Notes: generated by a model from the letters alone, not told the origin. 32,000 bases of DNA from an archaeon (GCA_035390665.1 DAOOUC010000007.1:1-32000), one strand, 5' to 3'. Shown: positions 1 to 9,972, counted from the first letter of the stretch. Numbers and translations are program-made.

Positions 1-2
1 AA

Positions 3-1130
3 AGTGATTTTATTTTCGTAGGTCTTGTAGGAATGATGGATCCACCAAGAGCAGATGTTAAAGATGCTTTATTGATTGCAAAAAAAGCAGGAATTACAAC
101 AAAGATTATAACAGGAGATAATCCATTAACAGCAAAAGCAATAGCTGAAAAAATTGGAATAAAGAATCCTGTGGTTGTAAAAACTGATATTCTTGATGGC
201 TTAACAGACAAAGAAGCAACAGAATTAATTTATAAAACAGACATTTTTGCAAGAGCAAGACCTGAACACAAATACAGAATTGTTTCCTTGCTTCAACAAT
301 CAGGAGAAATTGTTGCAGTAACTGGAGATGGTATTAATGATGCTCCTGCTCTTAAGAAAGCAGATATTGGTATAGCCATGGGAATCAAGGGGACTGAAGC
401 CAGTAAAGAAGTTTCTTCTATTGTCTTAAAAGATGATAATTATTCTACAATAATTTCTGCAATTGAAGAGGGAAGAAAAATATATGATAATATCTTAATG
501 TTTGTAAGATATATGCTTGCTGTTAATTTTGATTTGTTGTTTACTGTTTCTTTATTAACAATTCTTGCATTTCCAATTCCTATTCTTGCTTTACAGATAT
601 TATGGATAAATCTAATAACAGACTCTCTTCCAGCAATCGCTCTTGGCAGAAAACCAGCTGCAAAAAATATTATGTTAAGGTCTCCAAAAGTAGATAAGAA
701 AGAAACTTTTAGATATTTTACTGTTTTTATTATTGTTGCTTTAATTATCAAGATTGTTGGAGAATTAATATTGTTTTCATATGGTTTAGGAATTGATACA
801 TCTTTAGGGATTAATTCTTTTGATATTTCTCAAAATTCTTATGCTAGAACTCTTTTAGTTACAGCAATTGTAATGTTTGAATTAATATTTGCTTTTGCTT
901 GTAATTCTGATGGTTCATTAAATCCAAAAAGATTATTTTCAAATAAATTCTTGAACTATAGTGTCTTAATTGTCTTTGGGCTACAATTGTTCTTTGTTTA
1001 TAATCCATTTATGCAGACTGCCTTTAACACAATGGCTTTGTCTTTAATGGATTGGACATATATATTTGGTTTTAGTTTATTGTCTTTCTTAGTTATTCCA
1101 ATAACTAACTTTTTTACAAAAAGACAATAA
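3..1130 (+). CDS. Cation-transporting P-type ATPase, C-terminal portion (gene truncated by window start; open frame runs upstream of the listed ATG at 33)
   Basis: Frame 3 is open from nt 3 (SDFIFVGLVGMMDPPR). Contains TGDNPLTAKAIA, the hinge motif VAVTGDGINDAPALKKADIGIAMG, and C-terminal TM helices of a Ca2+-type ATPase. Confidence 0.95.
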   Translation, partial: SDFIFVGLVGMMDPPRADVKDALLIAKKAGITTKIITGDNPLTAKAIAEKIGIKNPVVVKTDILDGLTDKEATELIYKTDIFARARPEHKYRIVSLLQQSGEIVAVTGDGINDAPALKKADIGIAMGIKGTEASKEVSSIVLKDDNYSTIISAIEEGRKIYDNILMFVRYMLAVNFDLLFTVSLLTILAFPIPILALQILWINLITDSLPAIALGRKPAAKNIMLRSPKVDKKETFRYFTVFIIVALIIKIVGELILFSYGLGIDTSLGINSFDISQNSYARTLLVTAIVMFELIFAFACNSDGSLNPKRLFSNKFLNYSVLIVFGLQLFFVYNPFMQTAFNTMALSLMDWTYIFGFSLLSFLVIPITNFFTKRQ

Positions 1131-1186
1131 CCATTTAAAAATAAATTGTTCTTATATTTATTACTAATTTAAATATAAGATAAAAA

Positions 1187-2335
1187 ATGCCTACAAGAAT
1201 AAAAAGAGAGCCAACAGAAAATACTTGGCAAGCAGAGCTAATAACTCAAACAAGAAATGGAAATATTAAAGATATTTCTGAAATATTACCACTTATTACT
1301 CCAGGACAAGATCTAAGAATTGGATTAGATAATATTCTTGATGGCCAGACTGGCGGGTTAATTGTTATCGGCTTTAATGATTCTTTAAAAGAGATAACAA
1401 AAGCAGGCTTTGACTTAAGTGTTCCATTTACTCCAGAAAAGATGTTTGAACTTGCAAAAATGGATGGTGCAATAATTATTTCAAATGACTTATCTAAAAT
1501 CTTATATGCAAATTGTCATTTAATGCCAGATAGAACAATAGAAACAGAAGAGACAGGAATTAGACATAGAAGTGCAGAGCAGACAGCTAAACAAACAGGC
1601 CTACCTGTAATTGCAGTTTCTAAAAGAAGAAGTTTGATTTCTCTTTTTTATAGAGAACAAAAATATGTTCTTCAGGATTTAGGGTTATTGATTGTTAAAG
1701 CTAACCATAGTATTAATGCCTTAAGAGGATATAGGGAAAGAATTGATTCTGTTTTAGATGTTTTAACCTATAATGAACTAAATAATCCTTCTTCTTTTGT
1801 TCTTTTAGAGGAAGCTGTATCTGTAGTCCAAAAGATTCTTTATTTTTATAGACATGTCTTAGAACTTGATAGAATGGTAATTGAACTTGGAGATCAAGGA
1901 AGAGATATTGTTCAAAGTATGTATGAGTATGAGTATGGTTTAGATGATATCTTATCATTGATTCTTCAAGACTATTCAGAAAGTGCAACAACTAAAGAAA
2001 AAGCAGACGCCCTTGTCTTGGAATTAAAACAATTAGATTTAAGATCAATTTCAGACAACAAAAAACTAGCAACAATAGCAGACATTCCAATATCAAAAAC
2101 TCCAGAAGAGATTATGAAGTTTCCAAGAGGTTATAGAATTTTTTCAAAGATTTCAAAAGTTAAAAGAAAGACAATAGATAAACTAATACAATCTAAAAAA
2201 TGCATTGCAGAGATACTAAAATCAAGTGTTGAAGATATTTCTATGTCAGCAGATATTGATTTAAATACTGCCAAATATATTAGAGCAAAACTTGATGAAG
2301 TTTCTGAGAAATTAATTGATCCAATCTTTGAATAA
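1187..2335 (+). CDS. disA: DNA integrity scanning protein DisA-like diadenylate cyclase (DAC domain + linker + C-terminal HhH region)
   Basis: DAC motifs DGAIIIS and GIRHRSAEQTAKQTG, followed by a DisA-linker-like helical region and an HhH-like C-terminus (EEIMKFPRGYRIFSKI...). Confidence 0.9.
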   Translation: MPTRIKREPTENTWQAELITQTRNGNIKDISEILPLITPGQDLRIGLDNILDGQTGGLIVIGFNDSLKEITKAGFDLSVPFTPEKMFELAKMDGAIIISNDLSKILYANCHLMPDRTIETEETGIRHRSAEQTAKQTGLPVIAVSKRRSLISLFYREQKYVLQDLGLLIVKANHSINALRGYRERIDSVLDVLTYNELNNPSSFVLLEEAVSVVQKILYFYRHVLELDRMVIELGDQGRDIVQSMYEYEYGLDDILSLILQDYSESATTKEKADALVLELKQLDLRSISDNKKLATIADIPISKTPEEIMKFPRGYRIFSKISKVKRKTIDKLIQSKKCIAEILKSSVEDISMSADIDLNTAKYIRAKLDEVSEKLIDPIFE

Positions 2336-2340
2336 AACAA

Positions 2341-3513
2341 TTAAGGAATAATCTCTGGACCAATATATTTTTCAAAATCAAAGTCTTTTCTTTTTATTTT
2401 TCCTTCTTTTATTAGTTTTTTTATTTCTGGAATCTTAGTTTCTAGTTTTTCTATGGTTTTTCTTGTAATTTGGCAAAGTAATTCAAATTCTTTTTCTTTC
2501 CAAGGGTTTGTTAGATTAGAATAAAGGCATCTGCCTCCGCAAATCTTTAAGATATCACAAGTTTGGCATTTTCCTGATGGTCTTATTTGCTTTTTTTTAA
2601 TGACGTCAGGGGTGTCATTTACCTCTCCAAGATAAAAGTCCTTCATTCCAACCATTATTGGGCAAGGAATAATCTTTCCGTCTGTTTGTATACTGTAGTT
2701 TGCAAAACCAGAACCACATGGGAGATAGCATTTATTAGTTTCAAATTCATAAGTGCCTTCTTCAAGTTCAAATATTCTGTTAATTATTCCTAAGAAAGGA
2801 TATAGCTTTATGACTTTTCCATTTTTCATTTCTTCAATCCAGTAATCTATAAGTTTTTCAATTCCTGGAATATAGTTTTCTTTAATCCATTTCTCCCAAT
2901 TACGAAATTCAAAATCAGGATAGAAATTAGCATTAAGTTGCCAGTGTATTTCTTTAAATTTAAATTCAGGGTTATTTAATAAAAATATTACCTCTTTATA
3001 GATGTCTGTTGGTTCCATAATTGTCATTCTTGCAATAATGTTACCAGAGTATCCATTCTTTGTAATAAATTTAAGATTATTTATTATCTTTTGATAAGTT
3101 CCTATTCCTCTAAAATGGTCTGTATTTTCTTTTTGCCCATCAATTGAAACAAGAATAGTTTTTATTTTGTTTAGTTTTTCTGTTGAAATTTTATCTAATA
3201 AAGTCCCATTAGTTTGCATAGCATAATTGATTGGAAAATCAATTCTTTCAATTATTTCTTCTATTTCTTTTGTGGAAAGTAAAGGTTCTCCACCATAGAA
3301 GATTAGCCATTTATTTTCAGGAGAGTCGTTATCTTTTCTTAAGAATTCAATTATTTCTGGAATAGATATTTTAAGCTTTGAAGGCACATTTTCATCTATA
3401 TTGATTTTAGGAATACTTTCATAATTAGAATTAATCTTTTCATCAAATGCCATTTGTGAGCAATACTTACAATCCAAGTTACAATAATTATTAATAACAA
3501 GATGATATTTCAT
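2341..3513 (-). CDS. Radical SAM/SPASM-like protein, resembles the AF0577-type putative peptide-modifying family
   Basis: N-terminal CNLDCKYC (CxxxCxxC) motif, YGGEPLL, and C-terminal Cys cluster CGSG...CPI...CQTCDILKICGGRCLYSN. Confidence 0.85.
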   Translation of the reverse strand: MKYHLVINNYCNLDCKYCSQMAFDEKINSNYESIPKINIDENVPSKLKISIPEIIEFLRKDNDSPENKWLIFYGGEPLLSTKEIEEIIERIDFPINYAMQTNGTLLDKISTEKLNKIKTILVSIDGQKENTDHFRGIGTYQKIINNLKFITKNGYSGNIIARMTIMEPTDIYKEVIFLLNNPEFKFKEIHWQLNANFYPDFEFRNWEKWIKENYIPGIEKLIDYWIEEMKNGKVIKLYPFLGIINRIFELEEGTYEFETNKCYLPCGSGFANYSIQTDGKIIPCPIMVGMKDFYLGEVNDTPDVIKKKQIRPSGKCQTCDILKICGGRCLYSNLTNPWKEKEFELLCQITRKTIEKLETKIPEIKKLIKEGKIKRKDFDFEKYIGPEIIP

Positions 3514-3625
3514 GAAATCACATTATTTTGTTAGAATAACATAAGTTTATAGAATTTAAGAATAAAAGTATTTATAAAATAAATGATTCTAATCTTATAT
3601 ATAATATATAAAATGAAGATTACAA

Positions 3626-4960
3626 TTGAAAGACGAATACAGTTCAAAGATTTCAGTAAAAGATAGATTGATTTTATTTAGTATCTTTGTAATTATATCT
3701 GTTTTAATTTATTTAAGTTCGTTAGTTTCAATTAAATTGCTTGTTTCGATAATTATTTTAATTATTTTTTTATATACTATTGTCCTATTGTTTATTGTCA
3801 ATTTATTTTATAAATCAGAACATAAGAATTATAAATTTCCTAAAACCCCTCCTTCTGTTGCTGTTGTTACTTATGCATATAATAATTTTAAAGGCATTGA
3901 ATCTCAAATTGATATTTTATTAAAATTAGATTATCCTATTCCATATAATGTTTATTTAATTAATGATGGTACTTTTGAGCATTTAAAAAATAAAAAAGGT
4001 TTAAAACTAATTAATATTGATAAAAAATACTTTAAAAGTGGAAATATTAAAGCGCAAATAATGAATATTGGCTTTAAAAAATTAAAAGAAGAAAATATTT
4101 TGTGTATGGATGGAGACACAATTCCACAAAAAGATGTTTTAATGAAGATGACTCCTCTTTTAGAAGGAAATACAAAGGCAGTAATTGGGTGTATTTTGCC
4201 ATCAAATAGAAACAATTTAATTGAAAAACTTCAAGTATATGAGTATATTTTAAATTTTGGATTATGGGCAAGAGGGCTTTCATTAATGAACAGCATGTTT
4301 GTTGTTGTTGGTGCACTTAATTTAATTAAAAGAGAAGCTTTTCTAGAAGTTGGCGGTTTTGATATTTATAATATTGTTGAAGATGAAGATTTGGCTTTCA
4401 AATTTCACGAAAGAGGTTATAATATAAAACACACAATTGATGCAAGAGCAGAAACAGATGTTCCAAGTACTTTCTCTAAATTTAAAAGACAGAGAATTAG
4501 ATGGTATAGAGGGGCATTTTATACCTGGTTAAAATATAAAAGATTTTGGTTTAATTCTAAATTAAATGCATTCGGCACTTTTTTCTTACCTTATTTCTTG
4601 TTTGTAAATATTGTAGGTATTGCTTTATTTTTAAAATATATAATTGTAAATATTAGGCAACAATTAACATATATCTATTATTATCTTGTAGAATTAATTG
4701 TAAGTAAGTCATTTTATATTCATTTTAGTTTACCATCTTTGAATAATTTATATTTCCCACCAACATTATTGTTTTGGTTAGTTAGTATGTCGATTACGTT
4801 ATTATTTTTGATTTTTTCTTTTAATTTTTTAGATTATAAGCTTAAATTTAAAGAACTTCCAGTATTTTTAATATTTGTTATGTTTTTTGGACTTGCTATT
4901 GTTTTAATGTATCTAGAGTCCTTGGTTTTAGAATTTTTAGGAATAAGTTATAAATGGTGA
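3626..4960 (+). CDS. Membrane glycosyltransferase family 2 (cellulose synthase/NAG synthase-like), TTG start
   Basis: PPSVAVVTYAYNN, CMDGDTIPQ (DxD-like), DIYNIVEDEDLAFKFHERGY, QRIRWYRG, plus N- and C-terminal TM helices. Confidence 0.85.
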   Translation: MKDEYSSKISVKDRLILFSIFVIISVLIYLSSLVSIKLLVSIIILIIFLYTIVLLFIVNLFYKSEHKNYKFPKTPPSVAVVTYAYNNFKGIESQIDILLKLDYPIPYNVYLINDGTFEHLKNKKGLKLINIDKKYFKSGNIKAQIMNIGFKKLKEENILCMDGDTIPQKDVLMKMTPLLEGNTKAVIGCILPSNRNNLIEKLQVYEYILNFGLWARGLSLMNSMFVVVGALNLIKREAFLEVGGFDIYNIVEDEDLAFKFHERGYNIKHTIDARAETDVPSTFSKFKRQRIRWYRGAFYTWLKYKRFWFNSKLNAFGTFFLPYFLFVNIVGIALFLKYIIVNIRQQLTYIYYYLVELIVSKSFYIHFSLPSLNNLYFPPTLLFWLVSMSITLLFLIFSFNFLDYKLKFKELPVFLIFVMFFGLAIVLMYLESLVLEFLGISYKW

Positions 4961-4964
4961 AAAA

Positions 4965-5645
4965 ATGGTTAAGAATATGATTAAAAACAATATTTTATTG
5001 TTTACTTTATTTGTTTTAATAGTGATAGTGATATTTAGTTTTACATTGGTTGTTTTTTATGATACCTATAGTAGAAATAAACTATCAGATGAATATTTCT
5101 TAGTTCAAAATCAGTTAATGCTTGATGATTTATATAATACCTATCTACAAGAAAGTAATTCTAAAGAACTAGGTTGTGGAGTATTAACTAAACAGATAGA
5201 TTCTTTATTTGTTTTTCAAGAAAATTTATTTACTAGATTACAGAAAATCAATAAAGATGGAATTGTTTACAGTGATAATAAATTAAAATTTACTTATGTT
5301 TTAACTAATGTTAGAATTTGGTTATATTATAACAAATTAAACACTAATTGTAATATGAAACAAAACGTTGCACTTTTTTTCTATCCTGAAATAAGAGGAA
5401 ATACTTCAGAAGAAATACAACAAGATGTAAAAACAATGTTTTTTGAAAATCAATTAAAATATTATAGAGATAATTGTTCATTAAATGTAATTGCATTACC
5501 ATATCAAAAAGAAATTCCTATTATTAATCAATTAATATTAGATTATAATATTGGAAATGGTCCTGCAATATATTATGAAAATAAAGTATATTATGATATA
5601 ACAAAAGAAGAATCAGATTTCTTTAAAGATATAAGATGCAATTGA
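4965..5645 (+). CDS. Hypothetical membrane-anchored protein, possibly a thioredoxin-like C-terminal domain
   Basis: 226-aa ORF directly downstream of the GT2 gene. N-terminal TM. C-terminus NCSLNVIALPYQKEIPIINQLILDYNIGNGPAIYYENKVYY looks like a Trx-fold beta-cis-Pro-beta region. Confidence 0.6.
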   Translation: MVKNMIKNNILLFTLFVLIVIVIFSFTLVVFYDTYSRNKLSDEYFLVQNQLMLDDLYNTYLQESNSKELGCGVLTKQIDSLFVFQENLFTRLQKINKDGIVYSDNKLKFTYVLTNVRIWLYYNKLNTNCNMKQNVALFFYPEIRGNTSEEIQQDVKTMFFENQLKYYRDNCSLNVIALPYQKEIPIINQLILDYNIGNGPAIYYENKVYYDITKEESDFFKDIRCN

Positions 5646-5656
5646 GGTTTTAATTT

Positions 5657-6019
5657 ATGAAGAAATTATATTTAATTATCGGAATATTTATTTTAATTGT
5701 AATTTCAGTTTTAGGATATTATTTTACGATGCCAATAAAAAATTTTACGGTTGAATTTTCTGAAAAATTCTCCTCGAGTGGCGGAGATAGAACAATTTTC
5801 TTAAATTATATTGTAGAAAATGGAACTGTTATTTCTTGTGATAAAGTTTTAAAAATAACGACTCTTAATGATTCTGTTGGAATTAAAAATTCTGAAACTT
5901 GTGATTTATTTGAATTATTAGACGATAAATATCCTAAAGTATATTATAGATTTCAATCAAAACAAAAAATGGTTAATTATGGGAGAGGCAGTTATTCTTA
6001 CATTATTATATTGAATTGA
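5657..6019 (+). CDS. Hypothetical membrane-anchored small protein
   Basis: 120-aa ORF in tandem with the preceding genes; N-terminal hydrophobic segment. Confidence 0.55.
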   Translation: MKKLYLIIGIFILIVISVLGYYFTMPIKNFTVEFSEKFSSSGGDRTIFLNYIVENGTVISCDKVLKITTLNDSVGIKNSETCDLFELLDDKYPKVYYRFQSKQKMVNYGRGSYSYIIILN

Positions 6020-6021
6020 TA

Positions 6022-6765
6022 TTATTCTAACAATAACATCAGCATCATTATTCCAATTCCTAGTATTAATCCAAAAAATTGTATCGCTGTCTTCTTTAAC
6101 CCTATGTCTTTTTTCATTTCTGGTATTAAGTCAGCTGTTGCTATGTAAATAAATCCTCCAGCAGTTATTGCTATCATTATGCTTGAAAAGGATTCAATGT
6201 TTTTGCTTAAAACTAAACCAACGATTCCTCCAAATATTGCAGTTAAAGAAATTAAAAAGTTCATAAGTAGTGCTTTCTTTTTTGAATATCCTGCATATAA
6301 TAACACTCCAAAATCTCCGATTTCTTGTGGAATCTCGTGTAAAAGTACAGCTAATGTTGTTGCTATCCCAAGAGGAATACTAACAATATAACTTGTGGCA
6401 ATAATTATTCCGTCTAAAAAATTATGAAAAGCATCTCCTACAAGATTCATTGTTGCTAATGGATGTGGGTGGTCTTTACATGTTGGTTGATGGCAGTGTC
6501 TCCAGTGTATTATTTTTTCTAAGATAAAGAACGCTAAGATTCCTCCAATTATTGCTAAAGGTATTGTTTCTATGCCTGATTCCATAGATTCAGGTAAAAG
6601 ATGAATAAATGCATCTCCTAAAAGAGCACCAGCAGAAAAACTAATTAAAAAGAGTAAAAGATTAGGTAAATGTTTTTCTTTCGTAAAGAAGATAGTTATT
6701 CCTAAGATTGAAATAATACTAATAAGTAAGATACTAATTAAAGTATAAAATATAATTGTAAGCAT
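6022..6765 (-). CDS. ZIP family metal transporter
   Basis: Multi-TM protein with NLVGDAFHNFLDGIIIA and LLHEIPQEIGDFGVLLYAG signatures and a His-rich loop. Confidence 0.93.
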   Translation of the reverse strand: MLTIIFYTLISILLISIISILGITIFFTKEKHLPNLLLFLISFSAGALLGDAFIHLLPESMESGIETIPLAIIGGILAFFILEKIIHWRHCHQPTCKDHPHPLATMNLVGDAFHNFLDGIIIATSYIVSIPLGIATTLAVLLHEIPQEIGDFGVLLYAGYSKKKALLMNFLISLTAIFGGIVGLVLSKNIESFSSIMIAITAGGFIYIATADLIPEMKKDIGLKKTAIQFFGLILGIGIMMLMLLLE

Positions 6766-6836
6766 AAATATAATTTATTAAGATACAATTTATAAACTCT
6801 TTTGAGAGTAAAGATATTTATGGGAGACAATCAAAC

Positions 6837-7589
6837 ATGCCTAAAAAGATTGGAAGAATAAGACAACCAACATTTCTTGTTAAGAAAGTTCTAGCAAAAG
6901 AATATTCTGATTCAAATGCAAAAAATAAAAATAAAGCTTGGCATGAATATTCAGATGGTGGATTACATAGATATACTGATGTTTTTTCATGGGTACTAGC
7001 TAAAAGACCTATAAATCACATACTTCAATTAAATAAAAAGAATCCAAATATCTTATTTTTAGGCCCAGCAAAAGGGGAATATATTATTCCATTTAAAGAA
7101 GAATTAATATCTAAAGGCAAAAGTCCAAAAATTGATGTTTTTGGATTGTTTAAAGAAACATTGTCTGAAAATGTAAGAAAAGAAATAACTAAAGATTATT
7201 CTATGGAAACTGCTTTTGAATCATTAGATCCAAGAAATCCAAATCACAGGCAATTATTATTAGAAATGATTGGTAAATATGATTTGATTATGGCTCCAAT
7301 GAGTGTAACCTATCAAACAAATTATCCAGCTTTTGCTCTTTATCAATCTGCTTTAATGTTATCTAAAAATGGAAAAGCATATTTGGAAGTAAGGTCTTTA
7401 AATTCTGCATCCTTAGCAGGAAACCAAAGAATAGAAAAACAATTACCACAATTGGAAAAATTATTTAATAGATTTATCTCGATATATAATAAAAAAAGCA
7501 ATAAACAAAACAAATATAATTTTAAGATTCTAGGAGATATAAAAACGCACCCTGTTGGTGTGTTTGTAGAAATAGAAAGAACAAATTAG
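6837..7589 (+). CDS. Conserved hypothetical protein, possible Rossmann/SAM-MTase-like fold
   Basis: 250-aa ORF with NILFLGPAKGEY, YDLIMAPMSVTYQTNYPAFALYQSALMLSKNGKAYLEV. Confidence 0.55.
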   Translation: MPKKIGRIRQPTFLVKKVLAKEYSDSNAKNKNKAWHEYSDGGLHRYTDVFSWVLAKRPINHILQLNKKNPNILFLGPAKGEYIIPFKEELISKGKSPKIDVFGLFKETLSENVRKEITKDYSMETAFESLDPRNPNHRQLLLEMIGKYDLIMAPMSVTYQTNYPAFALYQSALMLSKNGKAYLEVRSLNSASLAGNQRIEKQLPQLEKLFNRFISIYNKKSNKQNKYNFKILGDIKTHPVGVFVEIERTN

Positions 7590-7591
7590 AT

Positions 7592-8148
7592 GTGAATAAA
7601 ATGGATAAAATAGAAAAAGCAATGATATTTGCTTATGAAAGACACAAGACCCAGAAGAGAAAAACAAATAGTTGCCCTTATTTTGTACATCTTATGGATG
7701 TTGTGTCTATTCTTTACAAAGAAGGAGCAAGTGAAGATTTGATTTGTGCAGGATATCTGCATGATTCTGTTGAATATTTCGAATATACTAAAGTTACAGG
7801 AGAAGAGATTAAAAAGAGTTTGGAGATAAAATAGCAAATTTAGTTATGGCTGTAACAGAAACAGACAAGTCTCTTTCTTGGCTTGAAAGAAAAACCACAA
7901 GTATTGAACATTTAAAAACTGCAAGCAGAGAAGTAAAAATATTAAAATGTGCAGACAAGTTATCAAACATAAGAGATATTTTTAGAGATTCTAAAAAATT
8001 TGGAGAAGACAAAGTATTTTCTAATTTTAAGGTTGGAAAAGAACAGCAAAAGATATATTACAAAGGAGTCTTAGAGCAATTTGAAGAAATTAAAGACACA
8101 GAAATGTATAAAGAATATAAAAAACTTGTAGCAAAAATATTTGATTAA
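7592..8148 (+). pseudogene. SpoT/MESH1-like HD-domain (p)ppGpp hydrolase-like gene, disrupted by a single-base frameshift near 7820 (ORFs 7592..7834 and 7846..8148)
   Basis: ORF A has HKTQKRKTNSCPYFVHLMDVVSILYKEG..AGYLHDSVE. ORF B has MAVTETDKSLSWLERK...REVKILKCADKLSNIRDI. Adding one T at about 7820 gives a continuous ...KSFGDKIANLVMAVTETDKS.... Confidence 0.75.
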
Positions 8149-9308
8149 TTTCTATTTTTTTTAATCAATCTAGAGTATTCTTTTTCCCATTGTTCTATGA
8201 TATTTGGAATATAATGTATCTTTACACTTTCTTTAAGATTTTTCTTAATTTTAGCACATTTTTTCTTATCAGAAAGCATTTTTATAACTGTTTTTGCAAA
8301 TGCCTTGTTGTTATCTGGAGGAACAAGTATTCCTGTCTTATTATTTTTAATAAGATATCCGACACCAGCTGCATTAGACACTACACAGACAACTCCATTT
8401 ATCTGTGCTTCAAGCATTGTTAATCCAAATGTTTCTGTTTTAGAAGTGCTTACAAATAAATCAGCTAATTGATAATATCCATCAGTTAGCAATTTTTTAT
8501 GTTCTATAGGTCCAAGCATTATTATATTTTTTTCTAAATCGTATTGTTTTATTTTAGTTTTTATGATATCTTCTTGTGGCCCACCACCAATCAATAATAA
8601 TTTAACTTTTGGTTTTTCTTTTAATATTAATTTAAAGCAATCAATTAATTGTTCAATATTCTTTTCATATGCAATTCTTCCAACAAATAAAAGAATTTGA
8701 GTTTTCTTATATTTTCGTTTTAGTTTTGAAAGTGCTTTTTTATCTATATCTTGTTTTTCTATTCCGTTTGAGATTACTTTAATTGGGGCTTTACATTTAT
8801 TTTTTATAAGTTCTTGTTTCGCAAAATCCGAAGGGCAAGTTACAAGGTCGCATTTATCATAATAGCTATTTATATATTTCCAAACATGTTTCTTAACAAA
8901 AGGATAGTTTAGATGAACGTGTTTAAGATTTTCAGGATCTCCAATTAATGTATGAAAGGTTCCAACTAAAGGCACCTTAAGAAACTTAGAAATAAATATT
9001 GCTTTGTTTCCTGTTGTCCAAGGAGACATAAAGTGAATTATATCTATTTTTTCTTTCTTTAAAAAATTAAGTGTTCTTATGCTTACTGGGGAAACGACTT
9101 TTATGTCTTCATAGATAAAAGCATTTACTCCCTTTATATAATGCACAGTAATATTTGGATAACTAAATTCTTGTCCTCCTTTAAATTTAGGGGTGACTAT
9201 ATAAACCTGATGTCCTTTATCAGCTAAGCCTTTAGAAAGATTAATAATTGCAGTTAATACTCCATTAATATGTGGAAAAAAAGTTTCTGTAAAAATTGCT
9301 ATTTTCAT
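8145..9308 (-). CDS. Glycosyltransferase family 4/1 (GT-B)
   Basis: MKIAIFTETFFPHINGVLTAIINLSKGLADKGHQV, ILLFVGRIAYEKNIEQLI, SKTETFGLTMLEAQINGVVCVVSNAAG. Confidence 0.93.
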   Translation of the reverse strand: MKIAIFTETFFPHINGVLTAIINLSKGLADKGHQVYIVTPKFKGGQEFSYPNITVHYIKGVNAFIYEDIKVVSPVSIRTLNFLKKEKIDIIHFMSPWTTGNKAIFISKFLKVPLVGTFHTLIGDPENLKHVHLNYPFVKKHVWKYINSYYDKCDLVTCPSDFAKQELIKNKCKAPIKVISNGIEKQDIDKKALSKLKRKYKKTQILLFVGRIAYEKNIEQLIDCFKLILKEKPKVKLLLIGGGPQEDIIKTKIKQYDLEKNIIMLGPIEHKKLLTDGYYQLADLFVSTSKTETFGLTMLEAQINGVVCVVSNAAGVGYLIKNNKTGILVPPDNNKAFAKTVIKMLSDKKKCAKIKKNLKESVKIHYIPNIIEQWEKEYSRLIKKNRN

Positions 9309-9372
9309 ATTATTAATTAATATTCCAAATTAATTATAAATCTTTTCAGTTTCTTAAACATTTATTAATTAA

Positions 9373-9960
9373 TTGTTTTTAATATTATATGTGTTTAAAC
9401 AAAAAAAAATATTAAAGAAAGAAGTATTGATTGCATGGATTGCAATTGTTATAATCTTATTTATTATATATCTTTTTGCACCAAATTTATTAAATTTAGA
9501 ATTTTTGAATAGTTTTGTTAAAGAAAATAAATTACTAGTTGTTTTTCTATTCATTTCTATAATTACACTTATTAGTTTAACTTTAATCCCATCCACTCCT
9601 TTTGTTCTTTCTGGGTTATTATTGTTTTCTCCTCTTGAAACTTTTATTTATAGTATTATAATCATTATATTATATTCAACAATAACTTATTATTTTGCAA
9701 GATATTTAGGACTTGATAGATATTTTGAAAAGAAATATCCAGAAAGCATTAAAAAGATAAGAAAGGCATTAAAAGGAAAAGAATGGTTTATAATAATTGG
9801 TTGGGGTTTTATTCCAATCTTTCCAACAGATCTTGTAATATACATGTGTAGTTCTTTAAAAATACCATTTAGAAAATGCTTAATAGGGGTATTAATAGGA
9901 GAAGGCACATTAAATGCACTATACATCTTTTCTGTAGGCTTAGTATTTTTGTTAATTTAA
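9373..9960 (+). CDS. TVP38/TMEM64-like (VTT domain) membrane protein
   Basis: 195-aa multi-TM protein with TLIPSTPFVLSGLLLFSPLETF, FARYLG, FIIIGWGFIPIFPTDLVIYMCSSLKIPFRK. Confidence 0.75.
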   Translation: MFLILYVFKQKKILKKEVLIAWIAIVIILFIIYLFAPNLLNLEFLNSFVKENKLLVVFLFISIITLISLTLIPSTPFVLSGLLLFSPLETFIYSIIIIILYSTITYYFARYLGLDRYFEKKYPESIKKIRKALKGKEWFIIIGWGFIPIFPTDLVIYMCSSLKIPFRKCLIGVLIGEGTLNALYIFSVGLVFLLI

Positions 9961-9972
9961 AAATTAGAAATC

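Noticed and set aside
440-751. Antisense and nested ORFs from the track (e.g. 440..751 -, 1713..1991 -, 3952..4215 -, 21997..22188 -, 31705..31938 +)
   Set aside because: They lie opposite strongly supported coding sequences, have no recognisable motifs and look like shadow ORFs.
7808-7834. Programmed -1 frameshift joining the two HD-domain ORFs
   Set aside because: The shift direction would be right, but ATT AAA AAG is not a proper X XXY YYZ slippery site and no obvious downstream stem was seen. A one-base indel is simpler.
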